Below, one piece after another: positions 11,627 through 22,499 of a stretch of DNA of 61,536 nt (its first letter is position 1; every line of letters begins with the position of its first letter). Origin of the DNA: Oscillospiraceae bacterium. GTDB taxonomy: Bacteria; Bacillota; Clostridia; Oscillospirales; JAAYXM01. A program made the translations under genes and the position numbers. The notes under the pieces are model-generated. The model was given only the letters and a program-made list of their open reading frames with translations. It was not told where the DNA came from and did not search any database. Location of the stretch: assembly GCA_017559985.1 (NCBI GenBank), contig JAFYPW010000017.1, positions 1 through 61,536 on the forward strand, read 5' to 3'.

Positions 11627-12778
11627 TTAAACATCTTTTATTTTAAACTTATTTCCCGGAAGCTTCTTTATGACACCACGGATTTCAAGAAGGGTGATAA
11701 GAGAAAGTGCCTTTTCAGCACGCATACCGCTCTTTGAAAAAATTTCATCTGCATAAAGCTCGCTTGCCGATATTGCCGCAAGTATCTGCCTTTCATCGGG
11801 TGAAAATTTATCGAGAAAGCCTGCCGGAAACTCAAAGTCTCTTTCTTCTTTTTGTACGTTTTCTTCCGGGAGAAGCTCATCCCCGGTTTTTAACCTGTCC
11901 GGAAACAGGCTCTCATATTCTGACACAATGTCAAAGCCGGACATAACGGGGATTGCCCCCTCACGAATAAGCGCGTTTGTGCCCGCGCCGTTTTCGTTGA
12001 ATATATCCGACGGAACGGCAAACACGTCGCGGTCCTGCTCAACGGCATACCGTGCCGTTATAAGTGCGCCGCTTTTCTCCGGCGCTTCAATCACCGCGGT
12101 TCCGAGCGATATCCCGCTCATTATGCGGTTTCTTATCGGAAAATTTATCTTCTCGGGCTGTGTTCCCGGCGGAAATTCCGAAATAAGCGTTCCCGTAGCA
12201 CAGACCTTTTCTATAAGCTTTTTATTCTCACGCGGATACGGCACATCGACTCCGCAACCGAACACTGCCACTACCTTGCCTCCGGCAGAAAGTGCGCCCT
12301 CTGCCGAAAAGCTGTCTATCCCGCGGGCAAGCCCGCTGACAACCGTTCCGCCTGCCGCGGCAACCTCACGCCCGAGCTTTTTCGCGGCACGCTCGCCGAT
12401 TTTTGTCGCTTTCCGCGTGCCTATAAGCGCAACAGCCGCCTCCTCATCAAGAGAGAGCGGAAGACCGCGCGCATAAAGCACCATCGGCGGGTTGGCAATG
12501 TTTTTAAGCCGCTTCGGATACTCCTTGCTTTCCGGTGTTATTATCCTTATTTCCTTTTGTCTGCACTTTTTTATAATCTCCTCCGCCGCGTACAAGTCCT
12601 TTGACAGAAGAGCTGAAAGCTCGTTTTGGGTTACTGTGGGAAGCGCACGTTTTATCTCTGCCTCGCCCGCTTGAAAAAGAGCCTCTATTTTGCGAAACCG
12701 CATTACAAGCTCTTTTGCGCGGCTACTCCCTTTATAAAACGCTTCCGAGAGCCACACCCACTTTGCAGTGTTGGGCAT
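11627..12778 (-). CDS. dprA: DNA-processing protein DprA
   Basis: YPKRLKNIANPP, IGTR, VSGLARGID, FPIRNRIMSG, SGALITA; dprA-topA-trmFO order. Confidence 0.95.
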   Translation of the reverse strand: MPNTAKWVWLSEAFYKGSSRAKELVMRFRKIEALFQAGEAEIKRALPTVTQNELSALLSKDLYAAEEIIKKCRQKEIRIITPESKEYPKRLKNIANPPMVLYARGLPLSLDEEAAVALIGTRKATKIGERAAKKLGREVAAAGGTVVSGLARGIDSFSAEGALSAGGKVVAVFGCGVDVPYPRENKKLIEKVCATGTLISEFPPGTQPEKINFPIRNRIMSGISLGTAVIEAPEKSGALITARYAVEQDRDVFAVPSDIFNENGAGTNALIREGAIPVMSGFDIVSEYESLFPDRLKTGDELLPEENVQKEERDFEFPAGFLDKFSPDERQILAAISASELYADEIFSKSGMRAEKALSLITLLEIRGVIKKLPGNKFKIKDV

Positions 12779-12784
12779 ATCCCA

Positions 12785-13540
12785 TCACCTTTCGCTCATT
12801 TTGTACATAAATATCGATGCTGCAACCGCAGCATTCAAAGATTCCGTCTCTCCCTGCATGGGGATTATTACACTCGCATCGCAAAGCTTTGAAATTTCGC
12901 GGCGCACACCGTTGCCCTCGTTTCCGATGACAACACACGCCCTATCAAAGCTTACGTCTGTTATATTCTTCGTTTCGCCATAAAGCTCTGATGCAAAGAC
13001 CTTCATTCCGTCAGCGCGCAGACGCGGGATTATATCCGAAAGTTCCCCTTCGATTATTGCAACGCGAAAAAGAGAGCCCATCGCCGAACGGATTGTTTTC
13101 GGGTTGTAAACATCTGCACAGCCGTCAACTATTACGGCATCAATCCCGAAGGCATCTGCCGTGCGGATTATCGTTCCGATGTTTCCCGTATCCTGCAAAG
13201 AATCGAGAATTATTGCACGGTTTATTTCCTTTGCACGGATTTCGGGAAGCCTGCACGCAAAAATCACACTCTGGGCGTTCTTCAGGCTCGTTATGCTGTC
13301 TATAACATCCTGTGGTGCAACGAAACAGCGTGCACCTGAAACCGTCGGTATTCTTCCTGCTGCTTCTTCGCTTGTGATTATATAAGTTATCTCACAGTTT
13401 GACGAAACTGCCTCGGAAAGCAGCTTCTCGCCGTCGCAGACAAACTCTCCGCACTCCTTACGGTAAGCCTTGTCCCGCGAGAGCGCGCGGAGATGCTTCA
13501 CCGCCGCGTTCTGACGGCTTGTTATCTTTTCAAACTCCAT
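12785..13540 (-). CDS. TrmH/SpoU-family RNA methyltransferase
   Basis: ITSRQN, LQDTGNIGTIIRTADAFG, GNEGNG, ESLNAAVA. Confidence 0.92.
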   Translation of the reverse strand: MEFEKITSRQNAAVKHLRALSRDKAYRKECGEFVCDGEKLLSEAVSSNCEITYIITSEEAAGRIPTVSGARCFVAPQDVIDSITSLKNAQSVIFACRLPEIRAKEINRAIILDSLQDTGNIGTIIRTADAFGIDAVIVDGCADVYNPKTIRSAMGSLFRVAIIEGELSDIIPRLRADGMKVFASELYGETKNITDVSFDRACVVIGNEGNGVRREISKLCDASVIIPMQGETESLNAAVAASIFMYKMSER

Positions 13541-13591
13541 TTAACACTCAGCTTCTTTACATCATCGTTTGAATCTTTAAAAACGAGAGAA

Positions 13592-14299
13592 TCATTCTCC
13601 CCCGAGAAGCCCGGAAAGAGCTTTCCCTGCATTTTCATACTTTTCGAGAATACGCTCATTCCGCGCACGGGATTCATTTTTCATCTTTATTGCCGCATAT
13701 ATGCCGCTGTCGGAGATGAAGCCGAACTGCTCCATAACGGGGAGATTGTCCACACGGACAAAATAACCGTTTTCGCTCTCTATACCAAACTCGGAAAGCG
13801 GTGCAAATGCACTTTCTTCGGCATACCAGTCAGCATAGCGTTTGTCAAAGAAAAAGAGGAGCACTTCGTCATCCGCCATACTTACCGTTATCTTTTCTAT
13901 ACTTACGGCGTTATACTGGTCGATACTTGCGACCGAATCCCCCGTTCCTGCTATGCTCTGTGTGCACAGAAGCTGCCCGCCGACCTTCACTTTCTCACCC
14001 TCTTCTGTCTCTATAAAGCTTCCGAGGTAATCAGAAAAGGCATCAAGCTGCTCATACTCTGCATATACTACGCCGGCAAGGATATAGTCAAGGTCGTTAT
14101 GCTCACGATTAGCAATATCGCTTATCAGCGTCACAGCAAAAACAACTGCCGCAAGAGCGAGAAATGTTGCTGTTCTGAAATGATACCAGTAAACATTTTT
14201 AAACCAGTAGCGAAGCTTTTCGGAAAAGGAAGCCTTCTCCATAAAGCTGCCCTTTTTAAACACCGCGAAAACATCGCGTGAGTCACGGCTCTTTTTCAT
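13592..14299 (-). CDS. Hypothetical membrane-anchored protein
   Basis: 235 aa; aromatic-rich motif (YWFKNVYWYHFR) followed by one hydrophobic helix; co-oriented 3 bp after lysS. Confidence 0.75.
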   Translation of the reverse strand: MKKSRDSRDVFAVFKKGSFMEKASFSEKLRYWFKNVYWYHFRTATFLALAAVVFAVTLISDIANREHNDLDYILAGVVYAEYEQLDAFSDYLGSFIETEEGEKVKVGGQLLCTQSIAGTGDSVASIDQYNAVSIEKITVSMADDEVLLFFFDKRYADWYAEESAFAPLSEFGIESENGYFVRVDNLPVMEQFGFISDSGIYAAIKMKNESRARNERILEKYENAGKALSGLLGGE

Positions 14300-14302
14300 A
14301 AT

Positions 14303-15811
14303 TTATTCCTTCTCAGACTTCATCGTCGGGAAGAGAAGAACATCGCGTATTGCCGCGCTGTCGGTAAGAAGCATTGTCATACGGTCAATACCGAAGCCGA
14401 TACCGCCTGTCGGGGGCATACCGATTTCAAGAGCGTTGAGGAAGTCTTCATCCGTTGTGTTTGCCTCGTCGTTGCCCTGCGAGAGCTGCTCCTCCTGGTC
14501 CTTGAAGCGCTCGCGCTGGTCAATCGGGTCGTTAAGCTCGGAATATGCGTTTGCCATTTCCCAGCCGTTCATAAAGAACTCAAAGCGTTCTACATAGTTC
14601 GGGTCAGACGGTTTTTTCTTCGTAAGCGGAGAAATTTCAATCGGGTGGTCCATAACGAAGGTCGGCTGAATGAGATGCTCTTCAACAAACTCCTCAAAGA
14701 AGAGATTTAAGATATCACCCTTCTTATGCCTGTCCTCAAACTCGATATGCTTTTCCTTTGCAATCGCCTTTGCTTCCTCGGCTGTTTTAATCTCGTTAAA
14801 GTCAACGCCTGAATATTTCTTTACGGCCTCAACCATAGTTATTCTCTCAAACGGCTTTCCGAGGTCCATTTCAATTCCGTTATAAACAATCTTTGTTGTT
14901 CCTAAAACCTCCATGGCGACATGGCGGTACATATTCTCGGTAAGATCCATCATACCGTGATAGTCAGTATAAGCCTGATAAAGCTCCATAAGCGTAAACT
15001 CAGGGTTATGGCGCGTGTCAAGACCTTCGTTTCTGAAAACGCGTCCGATTTCATATACCTTTTCAAGCCCTCCGACTATAAGGCGTTTGAGCGGAAGTTC
15101 AAGAGAAATTCTGAGCTTGAAATCCTCATCAAGCGCGTTGAAGTGAGTTTCAAACGGACGTGCTGCCGCGCCGCCTGCGTTTGCAACGAGCATCGGAGTT
15201 TCAACCTCCATAAAGCCCTCGGCGTCAAGATAGCGGCGGATAGAGCTTATAATCTTTGAACGCTTGATAAAGGTTTCCTTTACATCGGGGTTCATAATGA
15301 GGTCAACATATCTCTGACGGTAACGGATGTCTGTGTTTGTAAGTCCGTGGTATTTCTCCGGAAGCGGCTTCAACGACTTTGAGAGAAGCGTTATCTCCGT
15401 TACGTGAATTGAGATTTCGCCCATTCTTGTGCGGAAAACAGTTCCCTTGACTCCGACGATGTCGCCGATGTCGTACTTGCGGAATTTTGCAAAGTTCTCC
15501 TCACCGATATCGTTTATGCGGACATAAATCTGGATTTTACCTTTAAGGTCCTGAACGTCGCAGAAGGAAGCCTTGCCCATACCGCGGCGGCTCATCATCC
15601 TGCCCGCTATGCTTACTTCTTTCTCTTCAAGCTCTTCAAAGTTTGCTATAATATCGGCAGAGTGATGTGTTCTGTCGTATTTAACAACCTCAAACGGGTT
15701 CTCACCCGCCTCAACGAGATTTGCAAATTTTTCGCGGCGGACACGGAGAATTTCGTTTAAATCCTCTGCGGGTGCTGCCATTTCATTTACTCTTGTTTCT
15801 TCCGTTGCCAT
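14303..15811 (-). CDS. lysS: Lysine--tRNA ligase (class II); start at MATEE
   Basis: [45 protein letters not shown]; GGAGG RBS before the ATG at 15811. Confidence 0.97.
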   Translation of the reverse strand: MATEETRVNEMAAPAEDLNEILRVRREKFANLVEAGENPFEVVKYDRTHHSADIIANFEELEEKEVSIAGRMMSRRGMGKASFCDVQDLKGKIQIYVRINDIGEENFAKFRKYDIGDIVGVKGTVFRTRMGEISIHVTEITLLSKSLKPLPEKYHGLTNTDIRYRQRYVDLIMNPDVKETFIKRSKIISSIRRYLDAEGFMEVETPMLVANAGGAAARPFETHFNALDEDFKLRISLELPLKRLIVGGLEKVYEIGRVFRNEGLDTRHNPEFTLMELYQAYTDYHGMMDLTENMYRHVAMEVLGTTKIVYNGIEMDLGKPFERITMVEAVKKYSGVDFNEIKTAEEAKAIAKEKHIEFEDRHKKGDILNLFFEEFVEEHLIQPTFVMDHPIEISPLTKKKPSDPNYVERFEFFMNGWEMANAYSELNDPIDQRERFKDQEEQLSQGNDEANTTDEDFLNALEIGMPPTGGIGFGIDRMTMLLTDSAAIRDVLLFPTMKSEKE

Positions 15812-15845
15812 TTTTGTTTCCTCCATTTGTGAACTGATGCAAATA

Positions 15846-16316
15846 CTATTCGCCGATTTCCTCAATCTTGTACTCAATTGTTCCGCATGGGGCATCAACG
15901 CCTACAACGTCGCCGACACGCTTGCCTATAAGTGCGCGGCCAAACGGAGACTCGTCGGAAATTCTTCCCTTGTAGGGGTCTGCCTCCTGCGAGCCGACAA
16001 TCCAGTACTCCTCACGTGAGCCGTCGGAAAGGTCGCTGACCGTAACATGAGAGCCGGTGCGCACTTCATCCGAAGCTCCGCCAAATTCGATAATTTCTGC
16101 ATTTGCAAGGATGTTTTCAATTTCTGCTTCGCGCGAGAAGAGCTTACCCTGCTCGTTCTTTGCTTCGTCATATTCGCTGTTTTCTGAAAGATCACCAAAA
16201 GAACGTGCTTCTTTGATAAGGTCTGCAACTTCTTTCTCACGCACATTTTTCAAGTATTCGAGCTCTTCCCGCAGCTGCTGAAATCGCTCTTTTGTAAGCT
16301 TGTATGTTTTTGCCAT
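15846..16316 (-). CDS. greA: Transcription elongation factor GreA
   Basis: [31 protein letters not shown]. Confidence 0.97.
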   Translation of the reverse strand: MAKTYKLTKERFQQLREELEYLKNVREKEVADLIKEARSFGDLSENSEYDEAKNEQGKLFSREAEIENILANAEIIEFGGASDEVRTGSHVTVSDLSDGSREEYWIVGSQEADPYKGRISDESPFGRALIGKRVGDVVGVDAPCGTIEYKIEEIGE

Positions 16317-16402
16317 TTTTTCTCCCTCATTTTCCTGTATTTATTTTTATTTTTTTCTCTTTTCTACTATATAAATAAAAATTGCTTTTCGCAATGTATC
16401 AT

Positions 16403-16431
16403 ATTATAGATATACATTGCCTAATTGTCAA
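16403..16431 (-). promoter_or_regulatory. Consensus sigma-A promoter for greA-lysS
   Basis: Perfect TTGACA-17 nt-TATAAT on the minus strand. Confidence 0.8.
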
Positions 16432-16457
16432 GTAAAAGGTAAATATTTTTTGAATTT

Positions 16458-17147
16458 TTATTTTGTTAAATATGCGGTTTTTACTTCATTTTTCCCCAAA
16501 ACCCCGCATATTTCAAGAAGTGCCGCAAGCGCGGCGGTTCTCTCACGGAAATGTTTTTTTATCGCGGTGGGAAATCCTACCATCTCAAAATCACAAAGTG
16601 CGGCACTTTTATCACCGCAGCGGAAGATTACACCGCCCGGAGACAGCTCTATCCGGACACATTTTTCCCCCGGCTGCCGTTTTCTCAGCGGCACTCCCGC
16701 TTTTTCCAGAACGAGCACGGAAGCTTCCTCAAATGCTGCAATATCGGCATACACATTACGGCACACCGAAAGAAGCTCTGCGGCTGTCTCTGCCACCGTT
16801 CTTACATCGCCGCCGAGGATATAAAACTCAAAAGGAGATTCCGTCTTTTTTGAAAACTCTTTTGCCATTTCCGCTATACGGGATTTAAAAAAACGCCTTT
16901 CGTCGATTATGTTTATCCCCATAGCAAGAAGGTGCCCGTACAATACATCCGATGAGTTCATGGCAAAAAGCGATATTTTAAGCTTTCTGCACTCGCGAAG
17001 AAACCTTACACATCGCCGCTGCAACGTGTGGCGGCGGTGTGTCGGCTTTATTCTTGCAAGATATATCTCGGCATTTCTGAAATTCGCGACATATGAAACA
17101 AGGTTTTTCCCTTTTTTATCCGAGCTTTCTATAACACACACACGCAA
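16458..17147 (-). CDS. Hypothetical protein
   Basis: 229-aa ORF filling the gap, GAGG RBS and TTG start; no motif recognised. Confidence 0.6.
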   Translation of the reverse strand: MRVCVIESSDKKGKNLVSYVANFRNAEIYLARIKPTHRRHTLQRRCVRFLRECRKLKISLFAMNSSDVLYGHLLAMGINIIDERRFFKSRIAEMAKEFSKKTESPFEFYILGGDVRTVAETAAELLSVCRNVYADIAAFEEASVLVLEKAGVPLRKRQPGEKCVRIELSPGGVIFRCGDKSAALCDFEMVGFPTAIKKHFRERTAALAALLEICGVLGKNEVKTAYLTK

Positions 17148-17239
17148 AACAATACCTCTTTTCTGTATTATGATATTATTTTTGCGCGTATATATTACAC
17201 AAATTCGGACGAAGCTTTTTCCGCTTCGCCCGAAAGTCT

Positions 17240-18460
17240 TTATTCACCCTGTTTTTTCTCTGCCGTTTTTTTGTTTATTTCTTCTATTGCGCCCTGAAGC
17301 TGGCGGTCCTCTTTTTCGCTCATAAAGTAAAACCTGCGGTTTTCTTCCTCCGTAAACTCAATGAGCTTATCGGGAACTATTCCGCCCATCTCTTCAAGAC
17401 TCTTTCCCGAGGCTGTATAATATCGGCTCACAGAAAGTATTATTCCCGAACCGTCTCGAAGCTTGATATGGCTCTGTGCAACACCTTTACCTGTTGTTGG
17501 CTCGCCGACAACAACAGCCTTATCCGCCTCGGAAAGGGCTGCGGCAAAGAATTCTGCCGCGCTTATAGAATATCCGTTTGTAAGCACCGCCATCGGAAGG
17601 TCGAGCTCGTTTTTATCGGAGGAGTAGACGTTTTTCTTTCCGTTCTTGTCCTCTTCGCTTATGATTGTTCCCTCGGGAAGCAGCGGGTCAAGCACATTGA
17701 CGAGCACCTGCATAAGCCCTCCGGGATTGTTTCTTACGTCAAACACAAGGCCTGTGACATTCGCCTTTTTAAGATTTTCAAGTGCGGCAATAAAGTCTTT
17801 GTCAACATTTGCATCAAAGTTTAAAATTCTTATATAGCCTATATTGCCATCGAGAATTTTGGAGTTTATGCCCTGAACATCAACCTCACGGCGGGTAATG
17901 CTCATTCCTATCGGTGCCTGCGTTCCCTCGCGCTCAATTGTGATTGAAACTGCCGTGCCTGCCGTTCCTGTTATCTTCTTTACTGCGGCGTCATAACCGA
18001 TCTTTGCGACCTCTTCACCGTCAATCCTGACTATTTTGTCAAGAGGCTGAATCTTCGCCTCTTCGGCGGGAGAATTCTCAAAAACATCAAGGACGACAAC
18101 GGCACCGCGTTCTTCGTCATAGGCCGCGTTTATTCCTATTCCGTAAATCTTGTTGTTTGTCGAATTCGAAACTGATGCAAACTGGTCTGCGGTGAGATAG
18201 TACGACCATTTGTCGCCAAGCATCGCAACCATACCGTAAAGCGCGCCGTCGGTAATGTTTTTTTCGTTGACCTCGCCGACATAGTACTTGTCGATATAGC
18301 TTCTCACTTCCGCGATTCTTGCATACTCCTGTTCCTTCTGCGAGAGGTCTGCAAGTAGCGCGTTATATTCGCGCTCTGCCGCGTAAAGCGTTATGCAGTA
18401 TGTCAGTGCAACGGACAGCAGCATAAGCGCCGCCGTTGTTAAAATGTGCTTTCTTTTCAT
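17240..18460 (-). CDS. S41-family C-terminal processing peptidase with PDZ domain
   Basis: N-terminal signal/anchor, GIGI PDZ, DVRNNPGG, SISAAE catalytic Ser, TGKG Lys. Confidence 0.92.
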   Translation of the reverse strand: MKRKHILTTAALMLLSVALTYCITLYAAEREYNALLADLSQKEQEYARIAEVRSYIDKYYVGEVNEKNITDGALYGMVAMLGDKWSYYLTADQFASVSNSTNNKIYGIGINAAYDEERGAVVVLDVFENSPAEEAKIQPLDKIVRIDGEEVAKIGYDAAVKKITGTAGTAVSITIEREGTQAPIGMSITRREVDVQGINSKILDGNIGYIRILNFDANVDKDFIAALENLKKANVTGLVFDVRNNPGGLMQVLVNVLDPLLPEGTIISEEDKNGKKNVYSSDKNELDLPMAVLTNGYSISAAEFFAAALSEADKAVVVGEPTTGKGVAQSHIKLRDGSGIILSVSRYYTASGKSLEEMGGIVPDKLIEFTEEENRRFYFMSEKEDRQLQGAIEEINKKTAEKKQGE

Positions 18461-18463
18461 AAG

Positions 18464-19651
18464 TTATCCTTTTTTGAAATAATTCATCGGGTTTGTGTGG
18501 TTTCCGTTTATGAGAATTTCAAAGTGGAGATGCGGACCTGTTGACCAACCCGTAGAGCCTACAAGACCTATGACGTCGCCCTTTGAAACGGTTGCTCCCT
18601 TTGATGTTTTAATCTTGCTCATATGCGCATAAAGCGTTGACTTACCGCCGCCGTGGTCTACTACAACATAGTTTCCGTATCCCTTGCTCGACCAGCCGGC
18701 AACGATTACCTTACCGCTGTTTGCAGCATAGATTTCGCTGCCCTGGCTCGCGCCGATATCTATACCCGTATGGAACGAGCTCTTCTTTGTTATCGGGTCT
18801 TTTCTCGAACCGTAATATGACGTGATATATGTCGCCTTTGTCGGCCAGCGGAAGTCTCCTCCAACGTATGTGGAGCTGTTGCTGCCGGAGCTTGAAAGAA
18901 GCTTTTTAAGCTCTGCTCTTGCCTGTTCCTGCGCTTTTTCCGCTTCGTTGAGTGCCTTTTCGTACTCGTGCGCCTCCATATTCAGCGACTTTATCAGCGA
19001 GTTTGCCTCTTTATACTGCGTTTCAAGTGAGCTTTTCTTTGCAACGAGGTTTTTCTTTGCCTGCGCCTGCTGTGCGCGTGCATCGTCGATCGACTTTTTC
19101 TTCTGTTCGATTGACGAGCGCGTCTCTGCAAGCGTGCGCATAAGCGCGCGGTCGCCCTCGACGATATCCCCGATAAGTTCTGTCCGGGTAAGCATATCCG
19201 AGAAGTTGTCGGCAGAGAGGATTATGCCGAGCATTGAAACCGAGCCCTCTTCTTCCATTATACGCACACGTGCGAGGAAGTCGTCGTTTTCTTTCTGCTC
19301 CTTTGCAAGAGCAGTGTTAAGCTCCTCCGTTACGGTTGCAACCTCGGTATCAAGCGCCTTTATAAGCTCGTTTATTGTTTCAACCTCGTGCTCCGTTACG
19401 TCTATCTGACGGTCAAGCGCCGCTTTTTTTGTCATTGTTGAGCTTTTTTTCTTTTCTATTGATTTCAGTTCTTTCTGTATCTTCGTCTTTTCGGCATCAA
19501 GCTTTGAGAGCTTACTGTTAAGGCTTGATACCGTCTGTGCCGCAGAAGATTGACTGTACATAACGATTTCCGCAACAAACGCAAAAACCAACGAAAACAC
19601 CAAAAGTGCCGCAACTGCTATCGCAACCACGCGCGTTGTTTTGCTTTTCAT
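18464..19651 (-). CDS. Coiled-coil plus M23 peptidase (EnvC-like murein hydrolase or activator)
   Basis: Signal peptide, long coiled coil, HTGID, YAHM, STGPHLHFE; directly after ftsEX. Confidence 0.92.
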   Translation of the reverse strand: MKSKTTRVVAIAVAALLVFSLVFAFVAEIVMYSQSSAAQTVSSLNSKLSKLDAEKTKIQKELKSIEKKKSSTMTKKAALDRQIDVTEHEVETINELIKALDTEVATVTEELNTALAKEQKENDDFLARVRIMEEEGSVSMLGIILSADNFSDMLTRTELIGDIVEGDRALMRTLAETRSSIEQKKKSIDDARAQQAQAKKNLVAKKSSLETQYKEANSLIKSLNMEAHEYEKALNEAEKAQEQARAELKKLLSSSGSNSSTYVGGDFRWPTKATYITSYYGSRKDPITKKSSFHTGIDIGASQGSEIYAANSGKVIVAGWSSKGYGNYVVVDHGGGKSTLYAHMSKIKTSKGATVSKGDVIGLVGSTGWSTGPHLHFEILINGNHTNPMNYFKKG

Positions 19652-19669
19652 AGTATTAAGCCTCCTTTT

Positions 19670-20557
19670 TTAAACTTTGAGGAATTTCCGAAGCGTAATT
19701 GCGCTTCCCAGACCGCCGACGAGAACGGCAGTCGCAAAGAACATAAGCGCGATGCCACCCGCAGCGGAGCCAAACGGAACCGTCTCAAAAAAGCTTATCG
19801 ACGATAGAGCTCCCGCAACGACATATTCATAGACAGCCCACTGCAAAAGAAGCGCGAGAACTGCTCCCGAAATGCCTATGAGAAGACCCTCTATAACAAA
19901 CGGGAATCTTATAAAGCCGTTTGTTGCGCCTATCATCTTCATTATGGCGATTTCCTCACGGCGGTTGAACATCGTGAGGTTTACTATGTTTGAAATGATG
20001 AAAACCGAAACGAACATGAGGATAAGGATGAGAACCACGCATATTGCCGTTGCGCCGTCGCGCACCTGAACGATTTTTTCGGATATGTCGCTTCTCTCGC
20101 TGACCTTTGCTATGCCCTCTACCGCGCGGAGCTTTTCAGCGACATCACGGGTCTTGCGGATGTCCTCAATCTTCACCGTGTAGCGGTCGCGGAGCGGGTT
20201 GCGCGAGTCAAGACCGTCAAGAAGCTCGCTCTCATCCCCAAAACTTTCCTTGAAGCTTTCAAGCGCCTCGTCCTTTGTTGTGAAGGTAATCTCCGTAATT
20301 TCGTCTATTTCTTCAATTTCGTATTCTATCGCACGCGCCGCATCCTCTGAAAAGGTTTCGTCGACGTATGCAACTATTTCATTTTTGTTTTCAACATCTT
20401 CAAGAACGCTCTCGATGTTTACCGCAACAAGGGAAAAGCTTCCCATAAGGAGAAGACACGCCGTTATGACACCCATTGCGGCAAAACTCAAAAGCCTGTG
20501 TGTGAAAATGCTGTGTATTCCTTCCCGCAGAAAGTAGGATATGTTATATAGTCTCAT
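19670..20557 (-). CDS. ftsX: Cell division permease-like protein FtsX
   Basis: Four-TM layout, RREEIAIMKMIGAT..FIRFPF..EG. Confidence 0.95.
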   Translation of the reverse strand: MRLYNISYFLREGIHSIFTHRLLSFAAMGVITACLLLMGSFSLVAVNIESVLEDVENKNEIVAYVDETFSEDAARAIEYEIEEIDEITEITFTTKDEALESFKESFGDESELLDGLDSRNPLRDRYTVKIEDIRKTRDVAEKLRAVEGIAKVSERSDISEKIVQVRDGATAICVVLILILMFVSVFIISNIVNLTMFNRREEIAIMKMIGATNGFIRFPFVIEGLLIGISGAVLALLLQWAVYEYVVAGALSSISFFETVPFGSAAGGIALMFFATAVLVGGLGSAITLRKFLKV

Positions 20558-21242
20558 CCTGGCTGTATCCTCCTGTTCTGTCGCTTATTATTCTTCCCTC
20601 GTCTATCGTGATAACACGCTTTGAAAACTCATTTACAAGCTCTTTTTCGTGGGTTACGACGAGCACGGTTGTTCCGCATTCGTTGATTTTTTCAAGAAGA
20701 CTCATTATTTCAACGGACATTCTCGGGTCGAGGTTTCCCGTCGGTTCGTCGGCAATAATCATACTTGGATTATTGACGATTGCGCGCGCAATTGCAACTC
20801 TCTGTCTCTCGCCGCCGGAGAGCTCGTCCGGAAGGCATTTAAGCTTATGGTCAAGCCCTACAAGTTCAAGCACATACATAACGCGCTTTTTTATAACGCG
20901 CGGCGGAGCGCCGACTGCGCGCATCGCAAATGCCACGTTTTCATAAACCGTTTTCTTGTCTATAAGACGGAAATCCTGGAACACAACGCCGAGCGTACGG
21001 CGAAACTCCGGCACCTTTGACGACTTTAAACGGTTTAAGTTATAGCCGTTTACGATTCCGCGTCCGGATGTCATCGCAATCTCACTTGTTATTATTTTTA
21101 CAATGGTGGATTTGCCCGAGGCGGAGGAGCCTACAAGAAACACAAATTCACCGTCGTCTATTTTTAAGTTTATACCCGACAGAGCAGGCGTTCCGTTCTC
21201 ATACACCTTGCATACATCGAGAAGCCTTACCATTTCCCCCAC
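20544..21242 (-). CDS. ftsE: Cell division ATP-binding protein FtsE (start may be the ATG at 21233)
   Basis: Walker A GSSASGKS, VFQDFRL, LSGGE, ADEPTGNLDP; overlaps ftsX. Confidence 0.95.
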   Translation of the reverse strand: MGEMVRLLDVCKVYENGTPALSGINLKIDDGEFVFLVGSSASGKSTIVKIITSEIAMTSGRGIVNGYNLNRLKSSKVPEFRRTLGVVFQDFRLIDKKTVYENVAFAMRAVGAPPRVIKKRVMYVLELVGLDHKLKCLPDELSGGERQRVAIARAIVNNPSMIIADEPTGNLDPRMSVEIMSLLEKINECGTTVLVVTHEKELVNEFSKRVITIDEGRIISDRTGGYSQDETI

Positions 21243-21282
21243 ATTCCTTTCTTTTCAATAAAACGCACAATGACTCGGTATT

Positions 21283-22374
21283 TTAAAATGCCGAGCCTTG
21301 TGTTGACAGATATCTTTTTACCATAAGGGCGACCTTGAAAATTATCGCGTGGTCAAACTCGCGAAGGTCAAGCCCCGTTATTTTCTTGATTTTTTCAAGC
21401 CTGTAAACGAGCGTGTTCCTGTGCACGAACAAATTCCTTGATGTCTCGGACACGTTTAAGTTGTTCTCAAAGAATTTCTGGATGGTGTTGAGTGTTTCCG
21501 CATCAAGGTCATCCAATGAGCTTTCCTTGAAAACTTCGGAGAGGAACATCTCGCAGAGCGTTGTCGGAAGCTGATATATGAGCCTTCCTATGCCGAGGTT
21601 TTCATAGCTCATTATATCTCTCTCGTTTTCAAACATTTTGCCGACATTTATTGCAGACTGCGCCTCTTTGTATGACACGGCAAGGTCTTTGAGCGTCGGG
21701 GCAATTGTTCCTATTCCTATTTCCGTTGATGTGAGAAGCTCGGATTTAAGCGTGTCGCGGATACTTTCCGCCGTGCGGATAAAGCTCTTCATATCCGAGG
21801 ATTTTCCGGTCTCGCGGACGAGAACAAGCTCTCTTTCGCTGACACTTACGACAAAATCCTTCTGCTTGTCGGGGAACATATTTGAGACAATGTCTACCGC
21901 GGCGGAGTCGCAGTTTTCCGTCTGGCGGATTAAGAACACAACGTGCGGAACATCCTGCGGCATACGAAGCTCGTTTGCTTTTATGTATATGTCTCCGGAG
22001 AGAATATTATCTAAAATTATGTTTTTTATAAACGTTGCACGGTCGTGCTTTTCGTCATAATACTTCTTGGCGTTGCCTACGGCAAGTGCCGCCATAACGC
22101 AAAGGCTTTTTGCATATTCATCCTCGCCCGAGACAAAAACGACATACTCAAACCTCGCGCCCGGCGTTGCAACCGGTTTATATGTATCGCCCTCATAAAT
22201 CATATATGAGCCGAAAATCTCATCCAACGCCGCAACAGCTTCCTCGCGCTTTGTTCCTTTCAGCGCAGCGTCCGTACAGGCGCAGATTTCACCAGCCGTG
22301 TTTATAACGCCGATTGTTCTGTCTGTCGCCTCTTTCATCTGTGATATTGTATTTTGAAGCATTCTCCAAGCCAT
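21283..22374 (-). CDS. CdaR/PucR-family transcriptional regulator
   Basis: C-terminal FFENNLNVSETSRNLFVHRNTLVYRLEKI HTH. Confidence 0.9.
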   Translation of the reverse strand: MAWRMLQNTISQMKEATDRTIGVINTAGEICACTDAALKGTKREEAVAALDEIFGSYMIYEGDTYKPVATPGARFEYVVFVSGEDEYAKSLCVMAALAVGNAKKYYDEKHDRATFIKNIILDNILSGDIYIKANELRMPQDVPHVVFLIRQTENCDSAAVDIVSNMFPDKQKDFVVSVSERELVLVRETGKSSDMKSFIRTAESIRDTLKSELLTSTEIGIGTIAPTLKDLAVSYKEAQSAINVGKMFENERDIMSYENLGIGRLIYQLPTTLCEMFLSEVFKESSLDDLDAETLNTIQKFFENNLNVSETSRNLFVHRNTLVYRLEKIKKITGLDLREFDHAIIFKVALMVKRYLSTQGSAF

Positions 22375-22440
22375 ATAATCTACCCGTCCTCACAGTGGCA
22401 AAACAAAGTCGCCATTTCTTCATTCTACATTACCGTTTTT

Positions 22441-22469
22441 ATTGTACCAAATATAATGGTTAAAATCAA
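22441..22469 (-). promoter_or_regulatory. Sigma-A-type promoter for the CdaR-ftsEX unit
   Basis: TTGATT-17 nt-TACAAT with extended -10 TG. Confidence 0.55.
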
Positions 22470-22499
22470 TGAATTTTCTGTAAAAACCGCAAAAAAACA

